Shown one piece after another: positions 27,717 through 37,282 of a stretch of DNA of 64,000 nt; the stretch's first letter is position 1; each line of letters opens with the position of its first letter. The notes beneath the pieces are model-generated. The model was not told the origin of the DNA. It did not search any database and was given only the letters and a program-made list of their open reading frames with translations. Both the position numbers and the translations under genes were made by a program. The stretch covers positions 128,001 through 192,000 of the forward strand of contig JAGWLG010000001.1 of NCBI GenBank assembly GCA_028864975.1. Reading direction: 5' to 3'. This stretch comes from Thermoplasmata archaeon (GTDB lineage Archaea > Thermoplasmatota > Thermoplasmata > Lutacidiplasmatales > UBA184).

Positions 27717-29300
27717 ATGGCGACCCCGATGATGGCCAAACCCGAGCAAGGCAGCGCGAGCGGACCGACGGTGTGGAAGGCGTTCCTCGGCGGAGAGTGG
27801 CGAGACTCCTCGAACGGAGCGACGGCCACGCTCATCGACCCCTCGACGGGGGAGGTCATCGGAACCGTCCCCAAGTGCACGAGGGCGGATGCCAAAGCGG
27901 CGGTCGACGCCGCGCGCGAGGCGTTCGATAAGGGCCCCTGGCCGCGGATGAAGCCGAAGGAGCGAGCCGCGGTCCTGCAGAAGGTGGCCGAGCTCCTGGT
28001 CGCGAACCAGGAGGCCCTCTCGCTGCTCGAGACCCGGAACGCCGGGAAGCCGATCCGGCAGTCCTCCCTCTTCGACATGGGGCTCGCGGCCGAGCACATG
28101 GGCTACTTCGCCGAGCTCGCGACCTCCGTGCGGTGGCACCAGAAGATCTCCCAACCCGACTACGAGGGGACCATCGGTACGGTCGTCAAGGAGCCGATGG
28201 GGGTCTGCGCGGGGATCACCCCCTGGAACCTGCCGATCCTGATGGCGGTCTGGAAGGCCGGTCCCGCGCTCGCCGCGGGTAACACCTGCGTGCTCAAGCC
28301 GGCCTCGCTAACGCCGCTCACCACCCTGGAGCTTGCAAAGCTCTTCGAACAGGCAGGCCTCCCGAAGGGCGCCCTCTCCGTCGTCACGGGCTCGGGGGAG
28401 GAAGTGGGCGACACCCTCCTCACCCATCCCGGCGTCGACAAGGTGAGCTTCACCGGCTCCACCGAGGTGGGTCGGACCGTGCTGGCCAAGAGCTCGCTGA
28501 CGGTGAAGCGGACGACGATGGAGCTCGGAGGAAAGAGCGCCAACATCATCCTGCCGGACGCCGACCTCGAGAAGGCCACCGACGGGGCGCTTTTCGGGAT
28601 CTTCCTTCACTGCGGGCAGCTCTGCGAGTCGGGGAGCCGTCTCCTCGTCCCCGCGAAAGAGCAGGAGAAGATCGTGGCCCGGCTGGTCGAAAAGGCCCGC
28701 CGGATCCGGATCGGCCTCACGCAGGACTACGAGACGGACCTGGGACCGCTCGTGAGCGATGGGCAGCGGACCCGGGTCGAGGGCTACATCCAGTACGGAC
28801 TGGACCAAGGCGCGAAGCTCTCCTTCGGGGGGAACCGCCCGGACCGACCGGAGCTCCGCAAGGGGTTCTACCTGCGGCCGACGATCTTCTCGGGCGTGAC
28901 CCCGGACATGAGGATCGCCCAGGACGAGATCTTTGGACCGGTCCTTTCGGTCGTCCCCTACGAGAATGTTGACCAGGCCGTGGAGATCGCGAACTCCACC
29001 ATCTTCGGGCTCGCGGCTGCGGTCTGGAGCGAGAAGGAGGCGAAGGCGACGAGGGTCGCCGAGCGGTTGCGGGCCGGAACGGTGTGGATCAACGACTACC
29101 ACATGCTCTCTTGCCACGCCCCCCGTGGGGGGTACAAGCAGTCGGGGATCGGTCGCGAACTCGGTGAGAACGCCCTCGAGGACTACCTCGAGACCAAGCA
29201 CTTCTTCTACGGCCGCGAGTCGCCGCTCATCCCCATCGCCCGCGCCCTGGTCGTGCCTCCTGCGGCGAAGGGCGGGAACGAGCAACCCCCCGCGGCCTAG
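27717..29300 (+). CDS. NAD(P)-dependent aldehyde dehydrogenase
   Basis: ITPWNLP, VLKPASLTP, FTGSTEVG, MELGGKS, catalytic GQLCESGSR and DEIFGPV. Confidence 0.95.
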   Translation: MATPMMAKPEQGSASGPTVWKAFLGGEWRDSSNGATATLIDPSTGEVIGTVPKCTRADAKAAVDAAREAFDKGPWPRMKPKERAAVLQKVAELLVANQEALSLLETRNAGKPIRQSSLFDMGLAAEHMGYFAELATSVRWHQKISQPDYEGTIGTVVKEPMGVCAGITPWNLPILMAVWKAGPALAAGNTCVLKPASLTPLTTLELAKLFEQAGLPKGALSVVTGSGEEVGDTLLTHPGVDKVSFTGSTEVGRTVLAKSSLTVKRTTMELGGKSANIILPDADLEKATDGALFGIFLHCGQLCESGSRLLVPAKEQEKIVARLVEKARRIRIGLTQDYETDLGPLVSDGQRTRVEGYIQYGLDQGAKLSFGGNRPDRPELRKGFYLRPTIFSGVTPDMRIAQDEIFGPVLSVVPYENVDQAVEIANSTIFGLAAAVWSEKEAKATRVAERLRAGTVWINDYHMLSCHAPRGGYKQSGIGRELGENALEDYLETKHFFYGRESPLIPIARALVVPPAAKGGNEQPPAA

Positions 29301-29306
29301 ACCGCG

Positions 29307-29768
29307 ATGGCGAGGATCGAGAGCCAGGTGGTCATCCGCGCCCCTCTCGACAAGGTCTTCTGGTTCCTCGCGGACGGGGACCACGCGCCCGCCTGGCACC
29401 TCTCGGTACGGGAAGCGCACCACGAGACCGCCCCGCCGATCCGGGTCGGGAGCCGGCTCGTCGTGAAGGCCCACGCGGGCCGCCGGGAGTACGCTTGGAC
29501 CCAGGAAGTGACCGGATGGGAGCCGCCGCACTCCTTCGCGGACCGCATGGTCCCCGGCACCGGACCCTTTCGCCGGTTCGAGGATTGGGGTCGCTTCGAG
29601 CAGGTCCCGGAGGGGGTACGGTTCACCTTCGGGACGGACTATGCCCTGCCCTACGGTCCCCTGGGATGGCTGGTCGACCGCCTCGTCATCGCCCCCCGGG
29701 TCCGTAGGGACCACGGCCGCTCGATGGAAAAGGCGAGGTCGACCCTGGAGGGGGAGGCACGGAAGTGA
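29307..29768 (+). CDS. SRPBCC (START-like/polyketide cyclase) family protein
   Basis: IESQVVIRAPLDKVFWFLAD...PAW, VTGWEPPHSFAD and DYALPYGPLGWLVDRL pattern. Confidence 0.85.
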   Translation: MARIESQVVIRAPLDKVFWFLADGDHAPAWHLSVREAHHETAPPIRVGSRLVVKAHAGRREYAWTQEVTGWEPPHSFADRMVPGTGPFRRFEDWGRFEQVPEGVRFTFGTDYALPYGPLGWLVDRLVIAPRVRRDHGRSMEKARSTLEGEARK

Positions 29769-31753
29769 CCCCAGCCGCCGTCCCGCCCCCACGATCCTCC
29801 TCGACTTCTCCTGTCTCCCCCCGGGTGCGCGCGACGCTCGAGGCCGTGGCACGGGGCCTGGTGCCGTCCGGCGGGAGCTTCCGACCGGGCGCGCTCGAGC
29901 TCGGAGTGCCGGACCTCATCGTCGACATGGATTCCGAGATGGACCGCGTGAGCCGGCTCGTCGTCCGCTCGCTCCTGAACTTGCTCGAGATCGCCCCCGT
30001 CTTCCGAGGACCCGGCCGTCCACTATCCCGACTGCGACAGGAGGAGGCGGAGGAGTTCCTGAGGGTGGCGAACTCGCAGGGGACCAACCGCCCGATGGCC
30101 ACCTGGCTGCTCCGCTTGCTCGTCGAGGCCAACTACGTCTCCACCCCCCAGGTCCGAGAGCATCTCGGGGTCCGAGAGGAGCCCATGTACTCCGTCCCTC
30201 CGGTTCCTCCCCCGCGCCCGCCGTTGCCGACGACCACCTTCCCCCAGCTCGCCATCGGGAGCGAGCTCGACTCCGACGTCTGCGTCGTAGGGAGCGGTGC
30301 CGGGGGAGCTCCCGCGGCGGCCTTGCTCGCCGAGGCCGGTTGGAAGGTCGCGGTCCTGGAAGAGGGGCCCGCGGTCTCCCGCGCCGACTTCCAGGGCTCC
30401 GCCATCGGGAGGATAGGACGATACTACCGGAGCAACGGGATCTTCTTCACGCTCGGCAAACCGCTCGTCCAGATCTCCTACGCGAGCTCGGTCGGTGGCA
30501 CGACCGTGTTCAACTCGGGGACCTGCTTCCAGCCCCCCGACTCCACGCTGGACCGTTGGGCGAAGGACTCCGCGATCCCGGGCCTCACTCCCGGTGAGCT
30601 CGCGCCCTACTTCGCCCGGGTGAAGAAGTTCCTCCAGGTCGGGCCCTCGAGGGCCGACATCCTCGGCCACAATGGCGAGATGCTGCAGAAGGGAGCCCAG
30701 GCGATGGGTGGGCTCAAGCACGGGATCATTCCCCGACCCGCCCCCGGGTGCCGAGGAAGCGACGAGTGCGTCATCGGGTGCCCGACCGATGCGAAGCGAT
30801 CGATGGCCCTTTCCTACCTTCCTCGGGCCGTCGCCGCGGGAGCGAAGGTCTACTCTCGGGTGCGCGTGGAGCGGGTGCGCCCCGGACCGGGAGGTCCACA
30901 TCGCTGGAGGGTCGAGGGGCACGTGCTGGACCCCGCGACGCAGCGACCGGTCGGCCGGGTCGCGGTCCGCTGTCGGCACGCCGTGCTGGCGGGCGGGGCC
31001 CTGAGCAGTCCGTACCTCCTCCCCGAAGTGGGCCCACGACCCGCGAGGTCGCACCGCGGCCGCCACCTCCGCGTCCACCCCTCGCTCGACATCGGCGGGG
31101 ACTTCCCTGGGCGGGTCGAGGGATGGCGCGGGGTACTGCAGTCCTATTACGTCGACGACTACGAGCACGGGGTGCTTCTCGAGGCCACCTTCCATCCTCG
31201 CGGGCTCCTCTCCACCTCCGGACTGACCCCCTTCACCGGTGCGCGGTACAAGGAGTTCCTGGAGCGTCTTCCCCATCTCGCCTTGATCGGGGCGCTGATC
31301 ATGGACGAGAGCGAGGGTCACCTCGGTCCCTTCCTCGCAGGCCGTCCCTGGATCCGCTACGACATGGTCCCGGCGGACCTCGCCAAGGTAGGAAGGGCGA
31401 TCGCCCTTTCCGGGCGCCTCCTCTTTGCAGCAGGCGCCGAACGCGTCTTCGTGCCGGTGCATGGGGGACAGGAGGTACGCCGGCCCGAGGACCTCGACCG
31501 GTTCGAGACCTCCCCGCCAGGGCCCGAGGCGCTCCACCTTCTTGCCTTCCATCCGCTCGGCACCGCCCGCATGGGAGGAGCGCCCGAGCTGGGAGCCGTC
31601 GATCCCACGGGGACGGTCTGGGGAGCCCCCGGGCTGCACATCTCGGATGCGAGCATCCTACCGGGATCGCCCAGCGTGAACCCTCAGATCTCGATCATGA
31701 CGCTGGCCGAGCGGAACGCGGAGTCCTGGATCAAGCAAGGTGTGGGAGCATGA
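29765..31753 (+). CDS. GMC-family FAD oxidoreductase with N-terminal helical extension (fatty-alcohol-oxidase-like)
   Basis: DVCVVGSGAGG, VGGTTVFNSG, CVIGCPTDAKRS, HPLGTARMG and PSVNPQISI. GTG overlaps the previous stop. Confidence 0.9.
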   Translation: MTPAAVPPPRSSSTSPVSPRVRATLEAVARGLVPSGGSFRPGALELGVPDLIVDMDSEMDRVSRLVVRSLLNLLEIAPVFRGPGRPLSRLRQEEAEEFLRVANSQGTNRPMATWLLRLLVEANYVSTPQVREHLGVREEPMYSVPPVPPPRPPLPTTTFPQLAIGSELDSDVCVVGSGAGGAPAAALLAEAGWKVAVLEEGPAVSRADFQGSAIGRIGRYYRSNGIFFTLGKPLVQISYASSVGGTTVFNSGTCFQPPDSTLDRWAKDSAIPGLTPGELAPYFARVKKFLQVGPSRADILGHNGEMLQKGAQAMGGLKHGIIPRPAPGCRGSDECVIGCPTDAKRSMALSYLPRAVAAGAKVYSRVRVERVRPGPGGPHRWRVEGHVLDPATQRPVGRVAVRCRHAVLAGGALSSPYLLPEVGPRPARSHRGRHLRVHPSLDIGGDFPGRVEGWRGVLQSYYVDDYEHGVLLEATFHPRGLLSTSGLTPFTGARYKEFLERLPHLALIGALIMDESEGHLGPFLAGRPWIRYDMVPADLAKVGRAIALSGRLLFAAGAERVFVPVHGGQEVRRPEDLDRFETSPPGPEALHLLAFHPLGTARMGGAPELGAVDPTGTVWGAPGLHISDASILPGSPSVNPQISIMTLAERNAESWIKQGVGA

Positions 31754-32304
31754 GCGCGAAGGAAGAGGAGACCGAGCAGCCCCAGGGCGAGCCGAAAGCC
31801 GTAGCCGCAGCGCGCTCCTCCTCCCATGCCACCGGGCCTCGCTGTCCCCAGGCCTCCTTAGCGCTGCTGCTCCTCGCGGTCGTTCTCTACGTCTTCGGGG
31901 TCTTCTACGTGCTCGACCCCTCGGCGTCGGTCGCCTCCATCCAGGGGGTCGCCACGGGAATCGGGCTCAAGCTCCCCGCTCCGCCTTCCGAGCCGAGCGG
32001 CTACTTCTACGGATGGATCGGGTTCACCTTCGCCTACATGATGGCGGCCGCGACGAGCTCCTTCTTTGCCGCCAGGAGCTCGACCGAGTCGCGCACGGCC
32101 TACCTCAACGTCCTGCTCGTTCTCAAGGGGACGTCGAGCTTTACGGGGATCGTCCTCTTCGTGAGCCAGCCCCACTACGCGTTCTACCTTGCCACCTTTC
32201 TGACGGACGGTCTCATCTTCCTGGGGGTCTGGGCCATCCGCGCTCACCTCCTCCACCGGCATCCCACGTCGTCGGCCGAGGCCGTCTCTCGCCGCAGCGA
32301 GTGA
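31750..32304 (+). CDS. Membrane protein, about 4 TM helices
   Basis: ATG 31750 overlaps the GMC stop (ATGA); four hydrophobic segments. Confidence 0.7.
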   Translation: MSAKEEETEQPQGEPKAVAAARSSSHATGPRCPQASLALLLLAVVLYVFGVFYVLDPSASVASIQGVATGIGLKLPAPPSEPSGYFYGWIGFTFAYMMAAATSSFFAARSSTESRTAYLNVLLVLKGTSSFTGIVLFVSQPHYAFYLATFLTDGLIFLGVWAIRAHLLHRHPTSSAEAVSRRSE

Positions 32305-32316
32305 GCGCAGAGAACG

Positions 32317-32712
32317 ATGAGCTCCCGCAGATCACTGCCCGAGGTCGAACGGATCGGCAAGGCGGAGCTCGTCGAGGCCTCCCGGGCGGCCGGAGCGGGG
32401 CGGTGGGTCGCGCTCGAGCGGCCAGGCGCGTGGGTCGGACTAGGCACCGTCGAACCGGGGGCCCCACGACGGTGGCACCGCCACCCGGGACAGGAGATGC
32501 TTCTCTACATCGTGGAGGGCACCTTGCGGCTGGAATTCGGCCCCCTGGGTCATGGGACCCTCCAAGGGAGGCCTGGGGACTTCGTCCGCATCGCACCGGG
32601 GGCGCTTCATCGAGAAACGGCCCTGGGGAAAGGGGTGGCCAAGTTCGTGCTCCTCCGACTGGGGAAGGGCCCACCCGCCATCGAGTACGTCGTTCCTCCA
32701 CCCCGTGGCTAG
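32317..32712 (+). CDS. Cupin-domain protein
   Basis: WHRHPGQEMLLYIVEG and PGDFVRIAPGALHRE cupin motifs. Confidence 0.85.
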   Translation: MSSRRSLPEVERIGKAELVEASRAAGAGRWVALERPGAWVGLGTVEPGAPRRWHRHPGQEMLLYIVEGTLRLEFGPLGHGTLQGRPGDFVRIAPGALHRETALGKGVAKFVLLRLGKGPPAIEYVVPPPRG

Positions 32713-32739
32713 AGGACGACAGTCCGTGTCGGGAGCTAC

Positions 32740-33069
32740 TCAGCTCCACTTCTCGATCTTGTGCACGGTGGCTTCGCCAAGTCCCCGGTTCGGGATGCCG
32801 CTGTGCCGCCACGAGATCGCCCCATCCTGGAAAGCGATCACCGTGGGGATCACCTCGATGTCGAAGGTGAGCGGGACCGGTTCGTAGAAGTCGTCCATGA
32901 CGTACTCGGCCAACCGGACCCCGTTCGGTGGTGCGACCCGGGTGTACGCTTGGCGGAAGCTCGCGCAGAAGGGGCACCAGGGACCTTGGAAGAGCACGAC
33001 CCAACGACCAGGAAGGCGGAGCCGGGGTCCCTCGAACTCCTGGTCCGTGACCCGAGTGACCTCGACCAT
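32740..33069 (-). CDS. Thioredoxin-like protein
   Basis: WCPFC active site and IPT cis-Pro loop. Start ATG 33069. Confidence 0.85.
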   Translation of the reverse strand: MVEVTRVTDQEFEGPRLRLPGRWVVLFQGPWCPFCASFRQAYTRVAPPNGVRLAEYVMDDFYEPVPLTFDIEVIPTVIAFQDGAISWRHSGIPNRGLGEATVHKIEKWS

Positions 33070-33223
33070 GGCCGCGACGCCCGAAAGGGGCTCGTGTCGA
33101 CACACCCCTTGCGGGTATTTGAGGGCCGTTCGGTCTCTCGAAGGGGCACCATTCGCCGACGTTCCCCCGCCGCGCTCACCGTGCTTTTATGGCCGGAGGC
33201 ATTGGGTACATAGGTTACCTGTC

Positions 33224-33664
33224 ATGCAGGAGACCCCCCAGGAGCTCGCCGCGCGCGCGATCCTTCCCGCCCTCCGAGGGCTCGTCGCACGAGAGCTCGT
33301 GCGCGAGCACAAGTTCACTCACCAGAAGGCGGCCGACCTGCTGGGGCTGAGCCGGCCCGCGGTCACGCTCTACGCCCGGGGGCTTCGCGGGCGCGCCATC
33401 GAGCTGCGGCGGAGGCCGGACGTCCTGATCATGGTCCGCGACATGGCGGATGGCCTCGCGAGCGGCGAGATCGACGTGCGAGGCCTCATGACCAAGCTGG
33501 ACTCGGCCGCGACGTACGTCCTCCGCAAGGGCTACGCCTGCGACCTCCACGCCCAGGTCGACCCGGAGCTCAAGGGGTCGGGATGCAACCTCTGCATGAC
33601 CGCTCCTTTCCCCTGCAGCTACTTCCACGGGTGGAAGGTCGAACCCGGGAGCCCGACGCGATGA
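33224..33664 (+). CDS. Predicted archaeal HTH transcriptional regulator with C-terminal Cys/His cluster
   Basis: PQELAARAILPALRGLVARELV...THQKAADLLGLSRPAVTLYARGLRG HTH, then CDLH...CNLC. Start ATG 33224. Confidence 0.8.
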   Translation: MQETPQELAARAILPALRGLVARELVREHKFTHQKAADLLGLSRPAVTLYARGLRGRAIELRRRPDVLIMVRDMADGLASGEIDVRGLMTKLDSAATYVLRKGYACDLHAQVDPELKGSGCNLCMTAPFPCSYFHGWKVEPGSPTR

Positions 33665-33900
33665 ACGAGACCCCGACGGTCCGTTTGGACTGCCGAGAGG
33701 ACGTCTGTCCCGTTCCGGTCCTCCGCACCAAGGAAGCGATCGCCAAGCTCACACCAGGAGCGACCCTGGAGGTCCTGACCAAGGATCCCATGGCCACGGT
33801 GGACATCCCAGCGGTGGTCCACAAGGCCGGGGCGGTCCTCCTCTCGATGAAGGCGGACGAGGAGAACGAGACCGCAACCTTCCTCATCCGGAGGCCGTGA
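33661..33900 (+). CDS. TusA/SirA-family sulfur carrier
   Basis: LDCREDVCPVPV (CPxP motif) and LEVLTKDP...DIPA. ATGA overlap with the regulator. Confidence 0.88.
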   Translation: MNETPTVRLDCREDVCPVPVLRTKEAIAKLTPGATLEVLTKDPMATVDIPAVVHKAGAVLLSMKADEENETATFLIRRP

Positions 33901-34996
33901 CCTTCAGCGGTGCGGGGGCGGTTGCGGGGGCTGGGGAGAGCGTCGGGCTGTACTTCCGCCAGAGGTGGAGGAAGAAGAGGACCGCTGCCGCGTCTCCGGC
34001 GAGGACGGCCAGGATCCCGACCCCCGAGTGAAGCTGGGAAATGAGACCCATCGGCATGAGGACGGCCACCAGTCCCGCCCCGAGGGCCACGAGTTGCCGC
34101 TGGTTGCAGGTCCGCCCCACGTTCTTCAGCACCCAGCAGAGCAGCACTCCCGCGAAGGCCACGACCGCGAGGATCGGGAACAGCGGCGCGAGCCTCCAGG
34201 ACTCGGACACCCCCTCGATGAGGTAGATCCCCGGCAGCAGCGAAAGGCCCACTCCGGCGAACTTCCAGGGAGCCGCACGGGGCAGGAGGCTGGACGCCTG
34301 CAGAAGGTCCTTCGGGGCGCGGTAAGCGGCCCAGGCGAGGCCCAAGATAGCGGTCAGGCTCCCGACCCAGAGCACCGGTCCCGCCCAGAAGTGATAGAGC
34401 GTGCTCGAGAAGGCCAGGAGGACCAGGACGTCGACGACCAGGATTCCCAAAACCGTGCGGACCCCCTTCGCCGAGAGCAGACTCTTCCCCTGGGTCTCCG
34501 GGAGGGCGAGTTCCAACAGCATGATCGGGAGCGAGATGCTCCATAGGGCATGCACGATGAGGAGGCCCGCGGTCCAGACCCAGTTGACCCCCAACCAGTG
34601 CCCGTAGATTCCCAGACTTCCGACCGGTTGAGCATAGGAGTAAAAGAGCGTGGACAGCGCGATCCCCTCCTCGAGGATCCCGTACGCGGCCCCCAGCAGG
34701 AGGACCGAGCCCCATCCCTTCTTCCACCGGACCTTGGCTTCGCGGATGAGGAGGACACCCGGTCCGTAGAGCCCCAGGTTCGCGGCCAGGAAGATGAGGA
34801 AGACGACGGGAGAGAGCATGAGCAGGCTGAGCTGGCTTGATCCCGAAAGATACTCCACGATGCCCGGAGTCAGAAGGAGCAGGCAGAGGATCGGACGGCG
34901 CTGGAGGTAACGCCGGAGCCGAGCGAGGCTCGACACCGAGCCGGAGGGAGCTGTCGTGGTCGGAGCGGCCGGCACGGTCGAGGAGATGGTTGCCAT
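33884..34996 (-). CDS. Multi-pass membrane protein of unknown function
   Basis: About 8-9 hydrophobic segments and LLGAAYGILEEGI motif. Start ATG 34996. Confidence 0.75.
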   Translation of the reverse strand: MATISSTVPAAPTTTAPSGSVSSLARLRRYLQRRPILCLLLLTPGIVEYLSGSSQLSLLMLSPVVFLIFLAANLGLYGPGVLLIREAKVRWKKGWGSVLLLGAAYGILEEGIALSTLFYSYAQPVGSLGIYGHWLGVNWVWTAGLLIVHALWSISLPIMLLELALPETQGKSLLSAKGVRTVLGILVVDVLVLLAFSSTLYHFWAGPVLWVGSLTAILGLAWAAYRAPKDLLQASSLLPRAAPWKFAGVGLSLLPGIYLIEGVSESWRLAPLFPILAVVAFAGVLLCWVLKNVGRTCNQRQLVALGAGLVAVLMPMGLISQLHSGVGILAVLAGDAAAVLFFLHLWRKYSPTLSPAPATAPAPLKVTASG

Positions 34997-35104
34997 CCAA
35001 GGCCTCCGACCCTCGATTCTCTTCCTCGAGGTACTTGAAGCCCCCAGAACCAAAGTGCCGGCCCTCCCCGAGAGCTGCCGAGCGGGGCAGGAGGCTTCGT
35101 GGAC

Positions 35105-35890
35105 CTACTTCGGGTCCGCGGTCGCCGGGTCCGGGGGCGGGGGCTTCCCCATCAGATGGATGCCGCATTCGCGCTTCTGGAACCCGGACCACCGCCCCGC
35201 GCGTTCCTGCTCTCCCGGCTGCAGCTTTCGCGTGCACGGAGCGCAGCCGATGCTGCCGTAGCCCTGGTCCCAGAGGGGATGGTGAGGGAGATGGTGGTCC
35301 TCGATGTAGCCCTCCACGCTCGCCTTCGTCCAACCTACGAGCGGATTGATCTTGAACACTCCGCGCCCGGACGGGTCGAGCTCCTGCCACTCGACGACGG
35401 GGGTGCCTTTCCTTCCATCGTGCTGGTCCCGGCGGATCCCGGTGAGCCAGGCCTCGTAACCCAGCAGGGCCCTGCGTAGCGGCGCGACCTTCCGGTTCAG
35501 GCAGCAGGTGTCGGGGTCGCGGGCGAAGAGGTCCTTGCCGTACTCCGCGTCCTGCTCCTCGACCGACTGTGCGGCCCGCAGGTCGGCGACGTTCAGTCCC
35601 CACTCCTTGATGAGACGGTCTCGGAACGCCAGCGTCTCGGGGAAGTGGTAGCCGGTCTCCAGGAACAGGACCGGCACATCGCGGCGTATGCGTCGCAGAT
35701 GGTCGAGCACCACGAGCCCTTCTTTCCCGAAGCTGCTCCCGATCGCCAGGCGGTCGCCGAAGCGTCCCACCGCCCACTCCAGGATCTCGGGCAAGGGCTT
35801 ACCTTCGAGCTCGGTCGAGAGGCGACGGGCCTCCTCGGCCGGAGGGCGGGACGCCCCCTGGCTCCTCATCCCCTCGACGCTGGAGGTCAC
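35105..35890 (-). CDS. cysH: APS/PAPS reductase (CysH family); Cys pattern indicates the [4Fe-4S] APS-reductase type
   Basis: SSFGKE, FLETGYHFPETL, CCLNRKVAPL, WLTGIRRDQ, GYGSIGCAPCT, GRW and terminal ECGIH. Start GTG 35890 or ATG 35869. Confidence 0.92.
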   Translation of the reverse strand: MTSSVEGMRSQGASRPPAEEARRLSTELEGKPLPEILEWAVGRFGDRLAIGSSFGKEGLVVLDHLRRIRRDVPVLFLETGYHFPETLAFRDRLIKEWGLNVADLRAAQSVEEQDAEYGKDLFARDPDTCCLNRKVAPLRRALLGYEAWLTGIRRDQHDGRKGTPVVEWQELDPSGRGVFKINPLVGWTKASVEGYIEDHHLPHHPLWDQGYGSIGCAPCTRKLQPGEQERAGRWSGFQKRECGIHLMGKPPPPDPATADPK

Positions 35891-35947
35891 GGTGCCCGAT
35901 AGCGGACCGTGGGTATATACCGAAGGCTCCGAACTCCCCGGCGGGGG

Positions 35948-37261
35948 TCACGCGGGAGGAGGGGAGCGCGACGGAAAGTAGAGACCGCCCTCGACCGTGT
36001 GGGCCGCTTCCTCCGCTTTCCGCCTCGCCTCGGCGACGGTGGGTGCCTGGGCGAGCGCGATCCCCATCCTCCGCTCAGGGTAAGCGGAAGGTTTACCGAA
36101 CAGGTGGACCCGGACCCCGGGGACCCGGTTGGCCTCCCACAGTCCTCCGAACCGCGGACCCCATCCCTCCTCAGGGGCCAGAATGACATGGGCAGCGCCG
36201 GGGCTCACGAGCTCGATGGAGGGGATGGGGAACCCCAGGATGGCCCGCGCATGGAGCGCGAACTCGCTCTGCCATTGTGTCGCGAGTGTGACCAGGCCGG
36301 TGTCGTGCGGACGCGGGGAGATCTCGGAGAAGAAGACGTCGTTCCCCCGGATGAACTGCTCGCAGCCGAAGATCCCGATCCCTCCAAGCTGGTCCGTCAC
36401 CGCTTTGGCGATGTCCTGCGCCCTGGAGATCACCCTGGGAGCGAGCTCGGCCGGTTGCCAGCTTTCGTGGTAGTGGGTGCCGGGGCGCACATGGGCGATC
36501 GGAGGGCAGAAGCTCGTGGTGACCCGGCCATCGTTGCCGTAATGTCGTAGGGTGAGCAGGGTGATCTCGAGATCGAACTTCAGGAACTCCTCGACCATGA
36601 CGCGGGGGTTCACGACCCGTCCCTCCTCCCGCCCTCGACGATAGGCCTCGCCGACCTCCTCGGACCTATGGACGACGGTACTGCCCAGCCCCGAGCTCGA
36701 CATCATCGCCTTGAACACGGCGGGCAGGCCCAGCTCTTTCACTGCGCGATGCGCCTCCTCCGCGGAGTCCACGAACGCGTAACGGCTCGTCGGCACGCTC
36801 GCCTTCTCCGCCGCCAGTCGTCGGATCCTCTCTCGGTCCATCGTCGCGAACGTCGCTTCCGCCCGTGGAACGACCGTCCATCCCTCCCGCTCGAGCTCGA
36901 GGAGCTCGGAGGTGTTGATCTGCTCGATCTCGGGAACGATGACATCGGGGGCTTCACGCTCGATGAGCGCTCTCAGAGCCTTCCCATCGGTCATCGAGAC
37001 GACATGGTGGCGGTGCGCGACCTGCATGGCGGGCGCGTTGGCGTAACGGTCCACCGCGACCACTTCGGCGCCCATCCGCATCGCCTCCAGGGCGACCTCG
37101 CGTCCGATCTCGCCACTCCCAAGGAGCAGGAGCCGGGTGGCCCCCGGGAAGAGCGGAGTGCCGAGCTCCTTTCGGGGCTGGATCCCGCGCCCACGAGCAG
37201 GGGTTGGCACGGCCCAACGGGTACGGTGGGAGTTGATGAGTGTTCGCACCGAGTGGCCCAA
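35948..37261 (-). CDS. purT: Formate-dependent phosphoribosylglycinamide formyltransferase
   Basis: LLLGSGEIGREV, VDRYANAPAMQVAH, PEIEQI, MSSSGLGS, SPRPHDTGLVT and LFGKP...RRMG. Exact start uncertain. Confidence 0.93.
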   Translation of the reverse strand: MGHSVRTLINSHRTRWAVPTPARGRGIQPRKELGTPLFPGATRLLLLGSGEIGREVALEAMRMGAEVVAVDRYANAPAMQVAHRHHVVSMTDGKALRALIEREAPDVIVPEIEQINTSELLELEREGWTVVPRAEATFATMDRERIRRLAAEKASVPTSRYAFVDSAEEAHRAVKELGLPAVFKAMMSSSGLGSTVVHRSEEVGEAYRRGREEGRVVNPRVMVEEFLKFDLEITLLTLRHYGNDGRVTTSFCPPIAHVRPGTHYHESWQPAELAPRVISRAQDIAKAVTDQLGGIGIFGCEQFIRGNDVFFSEISPRPHDTGLVTLATQWQSEFALHARAILGFPIPSIELVSPGAAHVILAPEEGWGPRFGGLWEANRVPGVRVHLFGKPSAYPERRMGIALAQAPTVAEARRKAEEAAHTVEGGLYFPSRSPPPA

Positions 37262-37282
37262 GTCCAGCAGACCGACCCGGCG

